A stretch of 64,000 nt of DNA from Podarcis tiliguerta. Taxonomy: Eukaryota. Location of the stretch: assembly GCA_965153285.1 (NCBI GenBank), contig OZ229123.1; one strand, written 5' to 3'. The notes beneath the pieces were generated by a model. It was not told where the DNA came from. It made no database searches and saw only the letters and a list, made by a program, of their open reading frames with translations. How positions within the stretch are numbered: the first letter of the stretch is position 1; each line of letters opens with the position of its first letter. Positions 60,231 to 64,000 of the stretch are shown here, one piece after another. Both the position numbers and the translations under genes were made by a program.

Positions 60231-60691
60231 AAAATACTTTGGTTCCCCCCCAGAATAATTTGTCTCAGTTGCGTAGTCTTATCTATCTTGCCCAGTTTCT
60301 TAAATTCTTGCTCCCTAATGTATAACTGAAATCAGATAATAACTTTCTTTAATTTTTTCTCAGTTGCATAGTTCTGTCCAATTGTAGAATTGAGATATGG
60401 CTTGCATCCCAAAGCTGTCTCCGGGGCAAGTTAGCTTCAGAGCTCCTAAAATGCAACTGTAAATATATATTTTTATAGTCTACCTAGCAGGATTGTAGAT
60501 GCTTTGCTGTTGCTGACTGATGCATTAGCACATCACGGTTAATGCTGAAAGACTCTTGCTGGTGGAATTGATCACATATGTGCTCACAAGCAAGTGCTTA
60601 GCTTTGCATGCATAAACAGCAGTGACACTCTGTTTCTCTATCTTTGAGTACATTTCTCCTGGCCTGTGGTCCATAGGCGCATGAGGCCACC

Positions 60692-60752
60692 TTGCTGAAG
60701 CTAAGCAGGTCTGGATCTGGTCAGTGCCTGGATGGGAAACTGCCTAGAACCA
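60692..60752 (+). mobile_element. 5S rRNA-derived fragment (SINE3-like head or 5S pseudogene piece)
   Basis: gaagctaagcaggtctggatctggtcagtgcctggatgggaaactgcct aligns with vertebrate 5S GAAGCTAAGCAGGGTCGGGCCTGGTTAGTACTTGGATGGGAGACCGCCT; the 5' half of 5S is absent. Confidence 0.7.
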
Positions 60753-61230
60753 TATGTGTGCTGGACAGAGGGACACCTCCATTTAATCTAGACCCACTCC
60801 AGCATGGCAAATCAGGGGATTGGATTGCTGTGTTAGTCCGGGCCACCATCCCTGACCTTCTGATCTCCAGATCTTTTGCACTCCAACTTCCATCAGCCCC
60901 AGCCAGTATGGCAATGAGAGGGGCAGTCTAAAACATATGGAGGGCACCAGCTTGGGGTGGTTGGGTTATGGGCCAATGGGATGGAACTAATATGACACAT
61001 GTTTACAAACAGTTAAAAAAAAATTCAGAACAATTAATCCATCTTATTGAGTTACTTGCAGTTGCTGCTCTACCATAACAATTATTTTAACTTTGAAGTA
61101 GTCATGTCTGTTTCTCAGCCTAGAAGAGGAGGTGGATTGTGCAGTTAACTGTCAGAAAGCAAATGTCTATTCCTTTACAGGAGTGCTGCCACAAAAGTTT
61201 TCCTTATTTTTCTTTTTCTGCTGTCATTAG

Positions 61231-61395
61231 GTATGGGCAGTAGACCTGGATCTGCACTATAGCGATCATCTGGCTTTGACACAGGTCTTGCTGTACGTTA
61301 CAAATGGAACACTGGATTGCAAGTTAAGCCGCTTTGAATGCCAGGTCCTTCCAAGTAAACCAAAAAGCCGCCGCCCCCCTAAGGAACCACCCCAG
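61231..61395 (+). CDS. IQCH: IQCH exon ([55 protein letters not shown]), 165 nt, phase 0->0
   Basis: Long pyrimidine tract plus AG at 61229-61230; donor CAG|GTCAGT at 61396. Matches recalled VWATGLNLAYSDQLALTQL.LYLTNG.LDC. Not in the ORF track in this frame. Confidence 0.92.
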
Positions 61396-61586
61396 GTCAG
61401 TGATGAATAACCCAAGTAACCTCCTACTAGCCACTGTGTTGGCAAATCATTGCTTGGGAGCCAGAACAGGATTGGCTACCCCTCTGCTCCATTGCACTGG
61501 TGTCCTGAGCCACCCTGTGACATTCAGTAAGACAGATCAATGCTACTATGTTTGTTTATTTGTTTGTCTCACGGTTCCAGACTGTG

Positions 61587-62405
61587 GAATCATAGAATCA
61601 TCAAATCTTAGAGTTGGAAGGGACCCCAAGCGTCATCTAGTCCGTCCCCCCATAATGCAGGAATCATTTTAGATCTTAATTCTGTCTTCTATAGTGTTAG
61701 CTACCCCGCCCAGTTTTTCCCATCAGCTGAAGATTTAATAAGCATACCCTTCTGTATCCTCACACAAGTATCTTATTAAAATTTTGAAGGGCTGGGCATA
61801 GGATAGAACACTTTGGCTCTCCACTAAAGACCTCTCTCCAGGTAGACACAGACCCATTAATGAGCACTCACTGGGTACAGTTGCTCAAGCAGTTGTATAT
61901 TCACCTAAGAATATTATCCAGCTCATATTTTACCTTCTGGTTAACAAGTAAAAAATGGGAGGTCTTGTCCTATGCTCCACTGAAAGTGAAATATACTATG
62001 CCCATGCCGTTTCTATGATCTACCAAACTAGTAACTACCAAAAAATGAAATAAGGTTGGTCTGGCACGACTTATTCTTGAGAAACCCATGTTGGCCATTG
62101 GTAATCAGTGCATTATTTTCTCTGCTCACAGGATGACTACTTATTAATCTGTTTGAGATTTCCCCCAGTATCTGTGTCAGGCTGCTAGAACTCTACTTAC
62201 CCAGATGGGCCTTTCCTCCCTCTTGGAAGATATGAACAATATTTGCCCATCTCCAGCCTTCTGGCATCTCACCTGTGCTTGAAGAATTTCCAGAGATTGC
62301 AGACAGTGGTTCTGGAATTACACCTACAGGTTCCTTCAGCATTCTGGGGTGTCATTCTCCTTGCCCAGAAGACTTTAGGCCATTTAAAGTAGCTAGGTGT
62401 TCTTA
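61587..62405 (-). mobile_element. CR1 tail plus decayed CR1 RT fragment
   Basis: gaatcatagaatc..tagagttggaagggacccc tail; gttagctaccccgcccagttt is antisense to KLGGVAN; tgagaaacccatgttggc is antisense to QHGFL. Confidence 0.75.
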
Positions 62406-62799
62406 ATCCACCTTCTTATGTAATCCAGCCATTGACATTCTTGCCACAAAGGGAACATATTTGCATTTTTTGAACTGGTGTTTAACTCCAGTAGTGGAAG
62501 TGGGAACCTGCTATCTGCAGAAAAATTAACTCTGATTTGTCTTTTTAAAACCTGCCTTAGGGGTGGAACCCTCCCATTTTTATGCTTGGTCAGAACGGAC
62601 CAGAAACCTCTTCTTATCCATCTACAGATAGAGATTTTATGTCATCCAAAAAGTGTCAGAGCTTTGTAATTTAGAGGTTAATGAGCTTCTGATCTATTGT
62701 TCTTGTCACACCACTACTTTGAGTTGGAGAGGAGTAAATTACATATGATTAGTCCCAGTAGTACATGTTTTAGAAATGAAAAGTAATCAAGTAGCAACT

Positions 62800-63480
62800 T
62801 TTTAATTAAAATTCTGTCAGGATTAACGTAAATTTGTCACTCCCAGCCTATAATCCCCCCTTTTTTATTCCTTCAAATCTTGCTTACCTAGCAGTCAGCG
62901 GCAACAAAAAGAGGACTAGTGTGTCAGAGATATCTTTTAAAGAACCGAGAGAAATAAACAGGAGACAAATCTTTTTACAGCGCATGATCTGTAATGAATG
63001 ATTAAGTAAAAACACTTTATGTGAAATTATGATGTTAATAATGCTTCCGTCCCCGCGAATTTATTACACATTCACCAGGCTGCTCGCTTTGATTTTGATA
63101 AAATGGAGCGGTGACCGAGTGCGAGTGATGATTTTTATTTTTAGAATTCTCCTTTGCAAGAGCAAATTTCCTAGATACTGCTGCTACTGTAATTATGTAC
63201 AAAACCAATCACTCATTATACTTAGGATACATTATCTTCGAGACAGATGAGGCTAAATAAGCAAGACATTAATAATTCATCCGGCAGTTCATTATGCATG
63301 TGTTTGCCTGCTTTGTAGCTGAAATAAGCACCTCATCAAACTGATGCCTGCGCTTAAACAATAGTTCTGTGTTATTGCCGCCACATTCAAGTTTACGCTT
63401 GTTAAACTGCTACTTGGATTATTTTATCAAGCATTCATTTATTTTATTTGTGGCCTTCTGTTGCCAAAAGAAATTTCTGA
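62800..63480. promoter_or_regulatory. Candidate conserved non-coding element / enhancer block
   Basis: Repeat-free, rich in TAAT/TGAT/TTTAT, retains CpGs and has no compatible exon. Conservation not verified. Confidence 0.5.
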
Positions 63481-64000
63481 GAGCTTTGGGTACCTGATTG
63501 GACAATGAATACTCTTAGTTCTCCAAGTATTCTCAGCCAAGGCTGGGTTACCCCTTGTGCTAAATGCGCTTCAGGCTAGGACCCCAGCCAAATTGTGGCC
63601 CCTGCTGCTCCCGGCGGCTGCCAGCATTCTTGCAATATTGTGCATGTGAGCACAAGTCTGCCTGCAGTGTCGCTTTGGGAACCATGGCAGGCAAAACTGG
63701 GGAACTGAGTGCCACTGGGAATAGCAATGGCATGCAACAGATCACAGCTCCCAGAGCGGCAGATTGGAGAGGGGATGAGGCTGGCCTGCCACTGCCACAG
63801 TTTTCATGCCTTAGGTCTGAGGGTTAGACTAAAAAGCATCTCGGGTCTTTTAGTTTTGATCATGAACATTCTAATGCAACTCAAGTAAGTTTGTGCAGAA
63901 CATCAAGGAAGCCCATTAAGAAGAAATAAGATGCATGCAAATTCTACTAAGCTTCCTCCATTGTTCTTGTGTATTACTGCACGCACCCCACTGAAATTAA

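Noticed and set aside
60692-60752. 5S rRNA gene
   Set aside because: Only a diverged internal ~55-nt segment; no 5' half and no terminator.

Overview
Vertebrate genomic DNA, most likely a squamate (the repeat content looks lacertid-lizard-like; inference). The window lies entirely inside one + strand, multi-exon gene, IQCH (IQ motif containing H). I resolve 12 internal coding exons (5102-5216, 6271-6399, 7691-7911, 9244-9795, 11222-11288, 18626-18709, 23396-23571, 27571-27843, 31349-31540, 43411-43531, 44670-44956, 61231-61395). All are AG/GT-bounded and phase-compatible, and they splice into one stop-free 2382-nt (794-aa) partial CDS; the start and stop exons lie outside the window. The introns hold hAT and Tc1/mariner MITEs, L2 and CR1 LINE fragments, tRNA- and 5S-derived SINEs, a solo LTR, microsatellites, two N-gaps and several repeat-free blocks that look like conserved enhancers. 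The most interesting signals are: (1) the protein is an IQ (calmodulin-binding) motif fused to an ATP-grasp domain resembling bacterial PGM1-type peptide ligases, with a remodelled metal-binding motif; (2) a candidate in-frame micro-exon; (3) an inverted L2 pair that could drive back-splicing; (4) a ~60-bp tandem array of octamer/homeodomain motifs. No prokaryotic system, CRISPR array or intact RNA gene is supported. Comparisons to human IQCH and to repeat families are from memory, not searches, and repeat boundaries without TIR/TSD are approximate.
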